Below, one piece after another: positions 1 to 12,789 of a stretch of 64,000 bases of DNA. The position numbers and the translations under genes are program-made. Origin of the DNA: Octopus sinensis (taxonomy: Eukaryota); the NCBI RefSeq assembly GCF_006345805.1, contig NC_043007.1, forward strand, positions 64,170,001 to 64,234,000, given 5' to 3'. Under the pieces are notes generated by a model. The model worked only from the letters and a program-made list of their open reading frames with translations, made no database searches and was not told the origin of the DNA. Positions within the stretch are counted from its first letter, which is position 1; each line of letters starts with the position of its first letter.

Positions 1-198
1 ACTGACCCTTGTGCCAGTTGCACATAAAAGCACCCACTACACTCATAGAGTGGTTGGCGTTAGGAAGGGCATCCAGCTGTAGAAACTCTGTCAGATCAAG
101 ATTGGAGCCTGGTGCAGCCATCTAGTTTACCAGTCCTCAGTCAAATCGTCCAACCCTTGCTAGCATGGAAAACGGACGTTAAATGATGATGATGATGT
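1..198 (+). mobile_element. RTE-tailed SINE or LINE 3' end
   Basis: GGAGTGGTTGGCGTTAGGAAGGGCATCCAGCTGTAGAAAC...GCATGGAAAACGGACGTTAAA followed by a (TGA)n tail; same sequence as the 3' end of the RTE LINEs at 2935 and 43585. Confidence 0.8.
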
Positions 199-761
199 GA
201 TGGTCTATTGCTGAGATTTAAGCAACAAAAAAAAATTTGTAATTTAAATTTTTAACCCCTCACCCTGCACCAATCAAGTTTGTGTGTGTGTGTGTGTGTA
301 AGAAGAATCATATTTACTAACAAAAAAGGATACTATTAAAATTAATTTTCTTTTACAAACCTTTTTTAAGTCACTCTGTCACCTTAATGATCTTCTTTTC
401 ACGTATGCATACACACCACATTGACAAGCACATACACACACAGTGAGAGCAATATATTTTTGTAGAGAGTGACAGAGAGGGAAAAAGTTTACCATGAGAG
501 AAGCAAAAAATGAAAAAGAGATTTTGAAATTTTAAAATGAAGTGAAAATTTTCAAATTTGGTATATTGATGTACTTTTTCATGCTGGTGTTTGTGATTCA
601 TTTATTCTAGAAAAATTTTAGCAAAATGTTACAGAGGTTTAAATTTTATCATTTTACCCAAACAGAAAACAAGATTTGTGTGTAATAGCTGTGATGAAAT
701 GAAAGTAAACATTAGAAGACGAAGTGTTTTAAACAAAATGAAACCAATGCATTAGAGTTAA

Positions 762-915
762 TACATACATACATACATACATACATACATACATACATAC
801 ATACATACACACATACACACACATACACACATACATACATACATATACATACATATACATACATACATATACATACATACACACGCACATACACACACAG
901 AAAGATAGAGAGAGA
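762..915. repeat. compound (TACA)n/(CA)n/(GA)n microsatellite
   Basis: Directly visible; source of the CMYV-type ORFs in the track. Confidence 0.95.
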
Positions 916-1109
916 TACATTCATGGTGACAAATAGAGAGCAGGGGAGTTGTTGGTCTAGAAGTTGAGTTATTTCTCATAGCTATTTATATTTTTTAACT
1001 ATTATTCATGAATGACCTTCACTCTGGGATGCCAACTTAAAAAATCAGATTTGTTTTACTTGAGGACACACCATTTCAGAGCCTTTCAGGGCTAAACACA
1101 CCTACATGA

Positions 1110-1530
1110 CCACAAACACTCACATTTAGGCACAGGCGTACAAAGCATGGTTCCAGGTTCAGTCCCACTGTATGGCACCTAAAGCAATTGTCTTCTACAA
1201 TGGCCTTGAGCCAACCAAAGACTTGTGAGTGGATTTGGTAGGTAGAAACTGAAAGCAACCCATTGTATATGTATGTGTATGTGTATCTGTATCTATATAT
1301 GCGTGTCTTTGTGTATGTGTTTGTCCCTCTCATCACTGCTTGACAACTGGTGTTGGTGTGTTTACATCCCTGTAACTTAACAGTTTGGCAAAAGGGTCCA
1401 ATAAAATAAGTACTAGGCTTAAAAAATAAGTTCTGGGGTCAATTTGTTTGACTGAAATTCTTCAAGATTGTGCTCCAGCATGGCCACAGCCAAATGACTG
1501 AAACGAGTAAAAGAATAAAAGAATATAAAT
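1110..1530 (+). mobile_element. tRNA-derived SINE (family A)
   Basis: Head with GGTTCAGTCCC B-box-like motif, body CCTTGTGAGTGGATTTGGTAG..AAACTGAAAG, internal (TG)n, tail GCTCCAGCATGGCCACAGCCAAATGACTGAAAC(GAGTAAAA)n; many copies in the window. Confidence 0.8.
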
Positions 1531-2729
1531 TGAGTGGGTAAATATATGATGGGCTTCTTTCAGTTTAAATCTAGCAAATCCACTCACCAACTTTGGTTGG
1601 TCTGGGGCTATGGCAGAAGTCACTTGCCTGAGGTGCAACACTGTGGAACTAAGGAGTGAGAGAGAAGTAAAAAAGAAAACTGAACTCCAGTTTGATACAT
1701 TATTTATCAACTCCAAAAGTAATTAAAGGCAAAGTTGGCCTTGGCAGGATTTGAACTCACAGTGAGAAAGCAAGAATAAATGGCACATGACCATTCAATC
1801 CAATACTTTAATGACTGCCTAAGTACTTTTATTTTCAGGAAAAAAATGAGATTTCTCTGTTAATAACATGGTAGTATTTGTACTCCTTTTCTTATGTGTG
1901 CATTTGTGTGTGTATGTGTGTGTGCGTGCGTGGTTATGTTTCAATTGTGGATTCAAACAGAGACACTTCAATAGTACCCCCAACAACCCTATAGGTCATG
2001 AGACATTAGTCTATATTAGTATTTTGTTTTCCAATATTTATGGGTGTAAATGATAGCCATATAATCAGGGTTTAATAGCTATAAAAATTCTACAGCAATT
2101 TTCCGTACATACACATTTTTCTTTTTTCTTTTTTTTTGTTCAGTCTGTCTATATCTGCTCTTCCTACCTGCATGCCTGTCTGTGTGTTTGCCTGTCTGTC
2201 ACTCTGTATGTATATAGGTGTTAAAATAGTAGTAATACAAATCAACCCAGATCAATGGTGAGTCATCTACAAATATATATATCAATACATTGTTAACAAT
2301 GTCACTTTACACTTGTAGATGACTAACATGAAAACTGTGTATATGAAGTAAATAATCTCTGAGAGATATTAGCTAGCTAAACGTGAATATTTTTCATAGC
2401 TAAGATGGCCCACAAATTATAAAGGGGACAAAAAAAAAGGAGCTTCTTATGTTTGTGTCAGTCATGCCATTGCAAGGTCATAGAGTATCATGAGGGAAGT
2501 TGTTACAAGTGAAAACTGAAACAAGGTCACCAACTTGGCTTACTGATAACATCCTTTTATACCATCACATCTGCCACAAGTTGCCTAATAATAATGCAGG
2601 TCGAATATAAAGGACAGATATCTGGTGCAAGCTGAAGAGGAGTATGTTTATAAATTATACATAAAAGTAGTAACGATAATGATGATGATGAAAATGATAA
2701 TGGTTTCAAATTTTGCCACAAAGGCAGCA

Positions 2730-2875
2730 GTTTTGGGGGAGGGGATAAGTTGATTACATTGACCCCAGTGTTCAACAGGTACCTATTTTATCAACCCTGG
2801 AATGATGAAAGGCACAGTTGACCTCAGCAGAATTTGAACTCAGAACATAGAGTTGGAAAAAATAATCCAAGACAT
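2730..2875 (-). mobile_element. tRNA-derived SINE (family B)
   Basis: Reverse complement of TTCTGAGTTCAAATTC.GC.GAGGTC.ACT.TGCCTTTCATC...GGGGTCGATAAAAT; other copies near 1690, 11850, 52270, 57310, 62270 and 63770. Confidence 0.75.
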
Positions 2876-2934
2876 TTTTTTGATGTCTAATAATAATAAT
2901 AATAATGATAATAATAATAACAATGATAATAATA

Positions 2935-5900
2935 ATCATCATCATCGTTTAACATCCGCTTTCCATGCATGGGTTGGACGGTTTGACTGAGGACTGGTAA
3001 GCCAGATGGCTGCACCAGGCTCCAATTTGATCTGGCAGAGTTTCTACAGCTGGATGCCCTTCCAAACGCCAACCACTCCAAGAGTGTAGTGGCTGCTTTT
3101 ATGTGCCACTGGCATGAAGGCCAGTCAGGTAGTAATGGCAACGGCCATGCTCAAATGGTGTTTTTTATGTGCCACCTGCACAGGAGACAGTCCAGCGGCA
3201 CTGGCAACGACCTCACTCGAATATTTTTTTCCCGTGCCTGTAAGGCGATGCTGGTAACAATCATGCCTGAATGGTGCTTTTTATGTGCCACTGGCATGGG
3301 AGCCAGTCAGCTGCCCTGGCAATCATCACAATTGGATGGTGCTCTTAGCGCTCCACTAGCACAGATGTCAGTTATGCGGTGCTGTCATCGAATTTGTTTT
3401 TGATTTCAAATTCACTTGCCTCACCAGGTCTTTGCAAGCAGAATTTAGTGTCCAATGAAGGAAAGGTATGCATAAGTGGGCTGGTTACACCCCTGTTATA
3501 GGCCATGGGTTATGGTCTCACTTAGCTTACTGGGTCTTCTCAAGCACAGCATATTTCCAAAGGTCTCAGTCACTAGTCATTGCCTTGGTGAGGACTAATG
3601 TTCAAAGGTTGTGCTTCACCACCTCATCCCAGGTCTTCCTAGGTCTACCTCTTCCACAAGTTCCCTCAACCGCTAGAGTGTGGCACTTTTTCACACAGCT
3701 ATCCTCATCCATTCTCACCATATGACCATACCAGCACAGTCGTCTCTTGCACACCACATCTGATGCTTCTTAGGTCCAACTTTTCTCTCAAGGTACTTAC
3801 ACTCTGTTGAGTATGCACACTGACATTACACATCCAGTGGAGCATACTGGCTTCATTCCTTGCAAGCTTATGCATGTCCTCAGCAGTCATGACCCATGTT
3901 TCACTGCCATGTAGCATGGTTGTTCGTATACATGCATCATACTGTCTACCTTTTACTCTGAGTGAGAGGCCCTTTGTCACCAGCAGAGGTAGGAGCTCTC
4001 TGAACTTTGCCCAGGCTATTCTTATTCTAGCAGCTACACTTTCAGAGCACCCACCCCCTCTACTGACTTGGTTACCTAGGTAATGGAAGATATCAACTAC
4101 TTTTAGTTTTTCTCCCTGGAATGTAGCAGAAGTTCTCTGCACATTTTCAGTGTTTGTTGCTCCTGAGCATCTGCCACATACAAAAACTATCTTTCCTTCC
4201 TTTGATATTGCTGCACCTCTTATGTGTCCATAGCTTACACTGGGTACAACTTATAGAGTTTCTACCTACACCTTTTCTACAGATTGAGCAGGGCCATCAA
4301 TCTGAAGAGATTTGTGGTTTGTCTGCCTTCATACTTATTAGGACTTAAGTTTTAGCTAGGTTGACTCTAAGGCCCTTTGATTCTAATCCTTACTTCCACA
4401 TCTGAAACTTCTCCTCTAGTTCTGATAGTGACTCAGCAATTAGAGCAAGGTCATTAACATAGAGGACCTTCCAGGGGAATCCTGTTTTGAATTCCTCTGT
4501 TATTGCCTGGAGGACTATGATAAATAGGAGGGAGATGAGGACTGAACCTTGGTGGACCCCTACCTCTACCCGGAATTCTTCACCTTACTGGCAGCATCCC
4601 TGTACATGGCTTGCACGGCTCTCACTAACCATTCATCTATCCCTAGTTTCCTCATTGACCACCAGATAAGGGATCGGGGGACCCTGTTGAAGGCTTTCTC
4701 TATGTCAACAAAAGCCAGGTACAGAGGTTTATCTTTGACTAGGTATTTCTCCTGCAGCTGTCTTACCAGAAATATAGCATCAGTGGTGCTTTTCCCTGGC
4801 ATGAACCCAAACTGCATCTCATCTAAACTGACTCTCTCTGTAATTAGTTGGGCTATGACCCTCTCCGTGGCCTTCATTACCTGATCCAACAACTTGATAC
4901 CTCTGTAATTATTTGTATCTAAAGCGTCAACTTTACCTTTGTAGCAGTTGACTATGGTGCTGCTACACCATTCATTGGGTATGACTCCTTTGTGTATCAC
5001 CTGGTTAAATATACGGGTGACTAGGCTATAGCTGAGACTGCCAGATATTTTGAGCAACTCTGCGGTGATTCCTGATAGGCCAGGGGCTTTCCCTGCCTTC
5101 ATACTCTTCATTGCTTTATCTACCAAGGTACTGTCAATTCAGATAGCTGGTCCCTCTGTTGGGTCAACATTTGGCAGACTCTCTTTCTCCCATTCATTCT
5201 CTTTATTGAAGAACTTTTCATAGTGACATCTCCAAACCTCTCTCTTTTTAGTCTCGTTCAGTGCAAGTGAACCATCATCTATATGGACACATTTCTCTCC
5301 TACAACATCACGATTCTCTCTCACACACTGTATTGCAACACAAAATACCTCAAGTCTTTGGTCCTCACGGTGCAGAACATTGGCAAATTTTTTCTCATCT
5401 GCTTCCCCCCTGATCCTGAAGTCGCTAACTACTAGTCTATGTTGTGGAGTATATTCTTCATCTGGGAAGGTTTTGTTATTGATAAGCAGCCATCTTTCCC
5501 TTTTTCTGGTGAGAGATGTAGTTGGCTAGTGTGTCTGCCAGAACAGTAGGTGACTGGCAGGTTTCCTGAAGTTAGTATTGCAAACCAATTCCAGTAGCCT
5601 GGTTTCCTCCTCATTGTGGGAACCAAAACCATAACCTCCATGTATGCCATGGAAGCCCCCTGTATGTTGTCCAACATGTCCATTGAAGTCACCAGCCACA
5701 AAGAGAATGTCCCTGTCATTCATGAAGGAGATAGTTTGCAAGAGGGTGTCATAAAATCGGTCTTTCTGTCCATCAGCTAGCCTCGGCTGAGGAGCATAGG
5801 CCGAGATAATGGTTGCTAACCCATGATGAAGCACTAACCTAATCTTAAGTATTCTGTTACATACTCTGACTACCTTGATTACCTTATCAACCCATTTCTC

Positions 5901-6175
5901 TGCAAGAAGTATACCCACGCCTCTGACCCCGTCAGTGTTCCTTGCCCAGAATATCTTGTACCTGTGTTCTTTGCCTGTGAGGAACCTAGCAGAACCTCCT
6001 CTCCACCTTACTCCTTGGAGGCAGCACAAATCGACATATCTCCATTCAAGCATTTCAACAATCTCACCAGACCTACCTTTCAGTGTGCTGATGTTGAGAG
6101 TGCCAACCCTGAGGGTGTGGGAGGTGTGGGCCCATGAGACACTGGGATGGGGGACAGCAGCGTCATGTACCTGAA
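2935..6175 (-). mobile_element. RTE-clade LINE, near full length, frameshifted (APE endonuclease, RT, 3' UTR, (GAT)n tail)
   Basis: Endonuclease peptides LRVGTLNISTLKGR, ISAYAPQ, VAGDFNGHVG (5526-6209); RT peptides NYRGIKLL, QFGFMPGKSTTDAIF, LAFVDIEKAFNRVPR (4566-5126); post-RT FHYLG, TMLHGSETW (3705-4142). Confidence 0.95.
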
Positions 6176-6323
6176 AAGAAAGTTTGCATTTGACAGAATT
6201 CATAAACAAACAATAGCCTTCAATTCAACCTACATACACTACACCATCATATTTATACACTATATGATCACTACCTTACATAGGAGATAAACCCTAAGTA
6301 GGGGTGGGGATGTCGTAAAGCCT

Positions 6324-6960
6324 TTGGCTATCTATCTGCGGCTTTATATAGCTATGGTAAGACCTCACCTGGAATTTGCATCACCGGTCTGGAACCCCTA
6401 TCTTGCCCAGGACATCAATCGTCTGGAAGCTATTCAGCGACGTGCAACCAAAAGAATACCCTCCATCAGGCATTTGCCATATCCTGAACGCCTTACTTCC
6501 CTGGGCATGGACACATTGAAACTCCGACGTCTGGCAGCTGACTTGGCAGACACCCATAAAATTATCAACCATCGCACAAACAATAACTCTGAGCACCTCT
6601 TCAAACTCCACCCATCTAACACCTGTGGACATATTTACAAAGTAAGAAAACAGCACAGCTCCCATGACTTCAGGAAACATTTTTTCACGCTGAGAGTTGC
6701 TAAAGCATGGAACAAACTGCCAGCATCGGTTGTTAGTTGTCGGAGCACTGCATCCTTCAAAACTTCCATGCTTCCTGAGATTCGCCAACACTACACTTGA
6801 TTTTCTCCCCTCCATACACACACAAGCATGTATCTGACTCATACATTGTTCGCTTTCCAGACATTTCTACATTACTGCATGTACTTTATATGCACTTTCT
6901 GACAAGTTGTGGTGCACCTGAGCACTGTATACAATAATTTCATTATTATTATTATTATAT
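6324..6960 (+). mobile_element. CR1-clade LINE, 5'-truncated 3' fragment
   Basis: VRPHLEFASPVWNPY...LEAIQRRATK...YPERL..LG...L.LRRL..DL...KI and FF..RV...WN.LP are typical CR1 C-terminal motifs; ends in a (ATT)n tail at about 6942-6958. Confidence 0.9.
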
Positions 6961-7879
6961 AAGTGTTCATGGTAGACAACCAAATGATGACAGAAGATAG
7001 GAATTTCTGGTACAGGTGGAGTGGGTAGGAGGGCGAGCATACCATGAGCTAGCAAATTTAGACAAGAGCAACTTCTGGATTTGTATTCTTTTGGCGGAGG
7101 TATTAAAAATCGAGTAGGGGAATCCGAGTGCATGCGCTAGTTTGGTGGGGGCGGAGGAAGTCTTGGGGAAGCAAGTGGTAATCAAAAGAGAGATAGACAG
7201 ATAGAGTGAGGCCAAGAGAGAGAGACAGAGTGAGGGGGGGGACAGAGTTAGGGTGGTCAGAACGTGAGGGAGAAAAATATTTTGGAATTTTGGGTGACAT
7301 AATTTAACAAAACAGCAAATGCCGATAATAGTAAAATAGAATTGAAAATATCTTAGAATTTTTGATCAGCCAATCTATGACAAAATTAGAGAAATAAGTG
7401 ATGGTGTGATAAACTTGAATAAATGAATATGTGGCAATTAAAGGATATGCGTGAACTTAAGGTTATCTTAAGGCAATAATAATAATAATAATAATAATAA
7501 CAAGAGCATTCAGAGAGTGCAAACCACTGCCAAGGCAACACCAACGTCCTCTCAATGGTTAGCTGAAGATGATTTTTAAAATGAGAATATCTGAAATAAA
7601 CTCGACTGCTCTCAAAAACAAGAATACTAAAAGTGGCGGTGGTGGGTTATAGTTATAATTAAACATAAAATAAAATAAATATAAAATAAAATAAAACCAA
7701 AAGCACAGAATATGAGTTCTGCGAAAAGAAATCTTAGAAGTATTAAAAAATCTATAAAGGAGTTTTCAGAGGTGATAGTTTGCCATCTTTGCTTTATGTG
7801 ATGTGCATACTACTGTTAACATTATTAGTACTACAAATGATAAGGAATATATACTCCTAACCATTCATAGTACCTTCAC

Positions 7880-8720
7880 AGACTGACTACAGCAACTGTT
7901 TAACTGTATTTTCAAAAGTAAATAATTAAATAAATAAATAATAGTAAGGCAGGCTGCATAAAAATCAATCAGTTTCTATTTATGGATAACATGGAGTTGT
8001 TTGTAAAGAACAAAGATCAAATAGAATCTTTGATACAAGTAGTAAATAGGTTTAATGACAATACTAGGATGGAATTTGAGATTAAAAAGACTGGAGATTC
8101 GAAAAGAAAAAAGTTAAATAGTGGAAAGTCACCGCATAAAATTACTAGATAAGGAAGTCATAAAACAAGTAGGAATAGGAGACTATGTAAGTACTTAGAC
8201 ACAAAAGCATTATAAAAAAGGTGAAAGAAAGTAGCAGGAAGGAAATATTTAGAAATGGATATTACAGAAACTGAAATTAGTGCTTAATTGTAAGTCAAAT
8301 GGAAAAATGAAGCTATTAAAACTTGGGCCCCATATCTCTTTTAAACTATAGTGAATGAATTCTGAAGTGGATTCAAGATGAGCAAGTTAATTTAGTTTGG
8401 GATGCTTAAATACTAATAATGATATATAGAACATTATATTCAGAAGTAATGTTAATAAAATTTATATATCTTGTTTAAGAGAAGGCTGAGGCATGATTGG
8501 TAGAAAAAGCAGTCGAAGGGGAGATGAAAATAGTGTAGATGGTTATCTGAGAAATAGTATGGAACTAGTGATAAAAGTAATAAAATAGGTTGGAATAGTC
8601 ATTTTTAGAACTTTTTGTATTAATTAACCAGAAGAAAAGAGGTAGCTTCTGTATTTTTTGTAGACTTTTACAGACTGGTTATAGTAACTGTTTAACTGTA
8701 TTTGCAAAATGAAAATAAAT
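7880..8720 (+). mobile_element. decayed Dong/R4-type LINE fragment (RT region plus 3' end)
   Basis: KINQFLFMDNMELFVKNKDQIESLIQVV..F....GMEF.IKK resembles the HLLFMDDLKL...GMEFG..KC motif; duplicated 3'-end-like motif at about 7880 and 8671. Confidence 0.6.
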
Positions 8721-9069
8721 AAACAAACAACAACAACAACAATAATAAATATAAATTAATAATAAAAAGTATGGGAACATAACCTTAGAAGAGATTTCAT
8801 TAAAAATATGATGGGATGTTCAGTCTGACCACAGGTCTGTTCAATCAAGGCCGAGCTGGAACTATATAGCAAGAACAACAATTTTGCTTAAGAAAAACCT
8901 AAATCTGCTATGCATGCCATCAGAGGCACTTGATTTTGAATTAGAGACATTGGTTGTCATTGTTGAAACCACATAGTTATAATTTAACACAAAAAATTCC
9001 AACCCCAGTTTTAATAGGTAGCACAGGATGGTATTATTCACTTTTGTAGGTCATGGAAGCACTGTGAAA

Positions 9070-9136
9070 TTACCAAGGGTTTTGTTGGTATCCATCACGA
9101 ATTGCAACTTCTCTCATCAGAATAAAGTTCACAGAT
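9070..9136 (-). CDS. candidate terminal coding exon of an unidentified host gene (SVNFILMREVAIRDGYQQNPW*)
   Basis: Strong acceptor TCATTTTCTTTAG| at 9137-9138; only one frame is open past 13 codons, and it ends at TAA 9070-9072. Protein not recognised. Confidence 0.3.
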
Positions 9137-11084
9137 CTAAAGAAAATGATAACAAAAGGAACTGTGTCAGAAAGTTGTTTTGTAATATTGAATCAGGTGA
9201 ATTGTATTCCTCAAGGCTGAATATCTTACTAGATAGCTTATATTATATGAACTAATAACTTATATTATGTTATGATGTACTGCTTGTTAAAAGATTTCCC
9301 ACCTTAATCAAGTATTTAGATTTAGATCTATTTCTATAAAAAAAAATTATATTCAACAGTGGTTAAAAATGTCCTAATCCAACAACTGTTATGCATTTGG
9401 ATCAAACTCTACCAAGATCATTAATGCTGCTGCATATTGCACTTTCACCAAAAGAAAATCATTCATAGATGTTCTCTTAGTGAATAAAGTGAGTCTCTAT
9501 TGATCGTTTTTTCTCCTTTCACGACAATAACAATAATTATTGAGAGGTTTCCATTGCATGTTCTAGGTCAGATTGTTTTACAGCTGGCATCTAATTGACA
9601 CCAGTTCAGAACCTAACATCATAGCTCATCATTTTTATCAATACTAATTAGATTAGAAAGTATATATTAATGATGTCATTGATACAATATGACAAGCACC
9701 TTGGAGAAATGATTGGTAAGCTGAGTTTCTAGTCAGGCTGAGTTTGTAACCCACTTTTGAATCCTGTATCTGAAGTTAGAAGGGCTAATTAATCAGTAGT
9801 ATACTTTGATGGATACCACTGATTACAACTGCATTGTTGGAATAAATGAAACGGCCATCAAGGTAAAGACAAGGGAATTTAATAAAAAGAATGATAGAAT
9901 AGGAACATTAAAAAAAATAATCAAATGACGATATTTTATGTAGTCTATGCTCTGCTCTGTTTAGATGGATGGTTGATAGGTGAAAGTAAGGTCTGGAGAG
10001 GAACAATTTGAGTAAAATAGTTAACTACAACAACAATAACATGAATTACAAAAATAACTACAAAACGCAACAACAACAACAATCCTTCACCACATATCAT
10101 CAACAACAATTCCTTCACCACAGAACAACATCAACAAAAGCATTATCATCAACACCATCACCTACAATAACAATAAACACTAACCATTAGGCATATATTT
10201 CTCCTACTATAATTTCATTAAATTGCTTTTTCTTCCACTCTTTTGTTTCTCTTTCTTTTTTATTTCTTTGTAGTAGTAGTAGTAGTAGTAAGGAAAGGAA
10301 AAAAGAAAGGAGGAAAAGGCAATTCTATAGTTATGGCAAACCAAGTAGATTTGGTTTTAGGATAGGTTACAACAGGTTTTCAGTAATTATTAACATCGAA
10401 TACTAGTTCCATTGGTAGGTTTCAAGATTCTATAATTAGCATTCAGTACTACTTTATCTACTTGACTTGTATTTTGTGTTACTGATGTAACTATTTATTC
10501 TTTTACTTTAATTTTTAACTGGTTTCAGGCATTGGACTGTGACAATGACACTGCCTTAATCCATCATATCGAACCAAGTACTTATTTCTGTTTAGTAACT
10601 TTATTTTATCGATCTATATTTATTGAACTGCAAAGTTATGTTTTTTTTATGTTAAAGGATGCAACACAACATACTGGTTTGCATTTGTGGACAGAAATAC
10701 AGAAATATGGATATAGAAACAAGGACTCACACAATTACACATGCACATACAAATTCAAGAATGTGAGCATGCACACACACACATAATGCATGTGGATGCA
10801 CATACACACACAGACTCACATAAATGCAAGCATATCTGCATGCACACACATACATGAATGCATGTGAATGCATATACACACACAAACACACATACTATTT
10901 GAGAACCCTTTATAAATATTAATAGCTACATGCACAGGAGTGGGGGGGGGTTAAGAAGCTTGCTTTGCAAGCCACATGATTTTAGGTTCAAGTCATCTTG
11001 TGCAGCACCTTGGGCATGTGTCTTCTACTGTAGCTTCAAGCCAACAAAATCCTTGAGAGCAAGCCTGTTGTATGTATGTGTGTG

Positions 11085-11123
<39 letters not shown>

Positions 11124-11148
11124 AATTTTATATATGTATGTATACACA

Positions 11149-11182
<34 letters not shown>

Positions 11183-11184
<2 letters not shown>

Positions 11185-11712
11185 GTGATGAAAACTCAGC
11201 TTATTTTGCTGGGTATGATGGACTGTGTCAGCTGTTCACACCCAGCAGACTAAGGTGACATTTATTTACTGGTCATGCTTTAAGAACCTTACAAAGAATT
11301 CTTGCAGTTCCAAGCAATGTTGATTTTTGTAGGTGTTCTGTCTTCATACTTGTATCAATCTTTTTCAGCCATGTTGATAATTGTGTGCTGTTACTTTACT
11401 TCTAAGTGCACCAATTACTATTGGTATCATATCTACTCTCATTGACCACAACCATCATATTTCCCACTTCAAATCGTCATAGTTGTTTATTTTTTCTTCT
11501 TCTTTCACATTGATCCTGTTCTCATTGGGGCATGCTATGTCAATTATCATGCATGTTCTTTCTTTTTCATTCACCACAACAATGTCTAGTTTCTGATGTC
11601 TGGTCAGGTGATCACACTGAATCATTTCATCCCAAAGGATTTTGCAATTCTCTTCCTTGGTGACTCCTTCTGGGGTTTTCTCATGCCATGTCTTTACTCT
11701 TTGTAAGCTGTG
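11183..11712 (-). mobile_element. Dong/R4-clade LINE 3' fragment encoding a restriction-like endonuclease
   Basis: KILWDEMIQCDHLTRHQKLDIVVVNEKERTCMIIDIACP...EKINNYDDLKWEI, then PIVIGAL...EHLQKSTLLGTARILCKVL; flanked by (TAA)n tracts at both ends. Confidence 0.9.
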
Positions 11713-11761
<49 letters not shown>

Positions 11762-11844
11762 GTTATTATTATCATTAAGGATGTGATTTATTATTATATC
11801 TTGTCATGGTAGAAGAAAGTATTATTATTAATGCTTAGTGATAT

Positions 11845-12005
11845 TTCATCTGTCTTTACGTTCTGAGTTCAAATTCTGCCAAGGTCGACTTTGCCTTTTA
11901 TCCTTTTGGGGTTGATAAATTAAGTACCAGTTGAGTACTGGGATTGATGTAATCAACTATCCCCTTCCCCCAAATTTCAAGCCTTTTTCCTATAGTAGAA
12001 AGGAT
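11845..12005 (+). mobile_element. tRNA-derived SINE (family B)
   Basis: TTTACGTTCTGAGTTCAAATTCTGCCAAGGTCGACTTTGCCTTTTATCCTTTTGGGGTTGATAAATTAAGTACCAG. Confidence 0.8.
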
Positions 12006-12789
12006 TGTCGTTGTTGTTGTTTAAAATAGTTTGATTTGGCCCCATTAAATTAAAAGTTTCATAGGCTTCTTGCAGAAACCTAGCTTTTAAGGCTCAGTTA
12101 GCTGAATGGAGAGATGTATGAATCCAAGATAGCTACCAGAAACTAGGCTGCCATTGGTCAAAGTAGGTCACGTGGTGTTGTTAGAGGTGAGATTGATATC
12201 CAGCAATATCAGATGCATTAAAAAGGAGAATTTCGTGGAGCATGTGGCTGGACCAGAAGCTGGTTGCACCTTGGTGTCTGGCCAGTGTTTGAGGGACTTG
12301 TGGGTGAAGACATGAGCATAGGTGTGTGTGTGTGTGAACATGTACGTGTTAGTGCCTGGTGTATACCCATGTGTCTGCATATCTGTTTAAATAATAATAT
12401 TTGTAACTCCTACTAAATGTTTTGAGTGCCTTTTTTTTCAGTTGTCCACTCACCTGTGTTGTATATATATATATATGTATGTATGAATATATATATATAT
12501 ATAGGTATATATATAGTAAAATAAGGATTCAGATAGAATCAGGTACTAAAAAAATTATGCACCAAGTAGGATTGGGTAAACCTGTGGTTCCAGCCTATGG
12601 TTGGTAAGTATCGAATAGGATTTTCCAATTGCGTACATAGAGAAAACCAACCCTAGGCTGGGGCTGGTCCAAAGCACATGTTATGCTGAATTGTACATTG
12701 TTGGTATATTCTAAGGTGTCTGACAAGTCGTAAGCCCCCTTGGTGTATTATAATCAATTGAATTATAACAGACAATGGATAATCATCAG

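Noticed and set aside
6970-7300. GC-richer stretch with open frames, possibly a retroelement piece
   Set aside because: No motif I can assign; left unannotated.
10548-10600. Plus-strand acceptor followed by ALDCDNDTALIHHIEP
   Set aside because: Weak donor, no partner exons and no recognisable homology.
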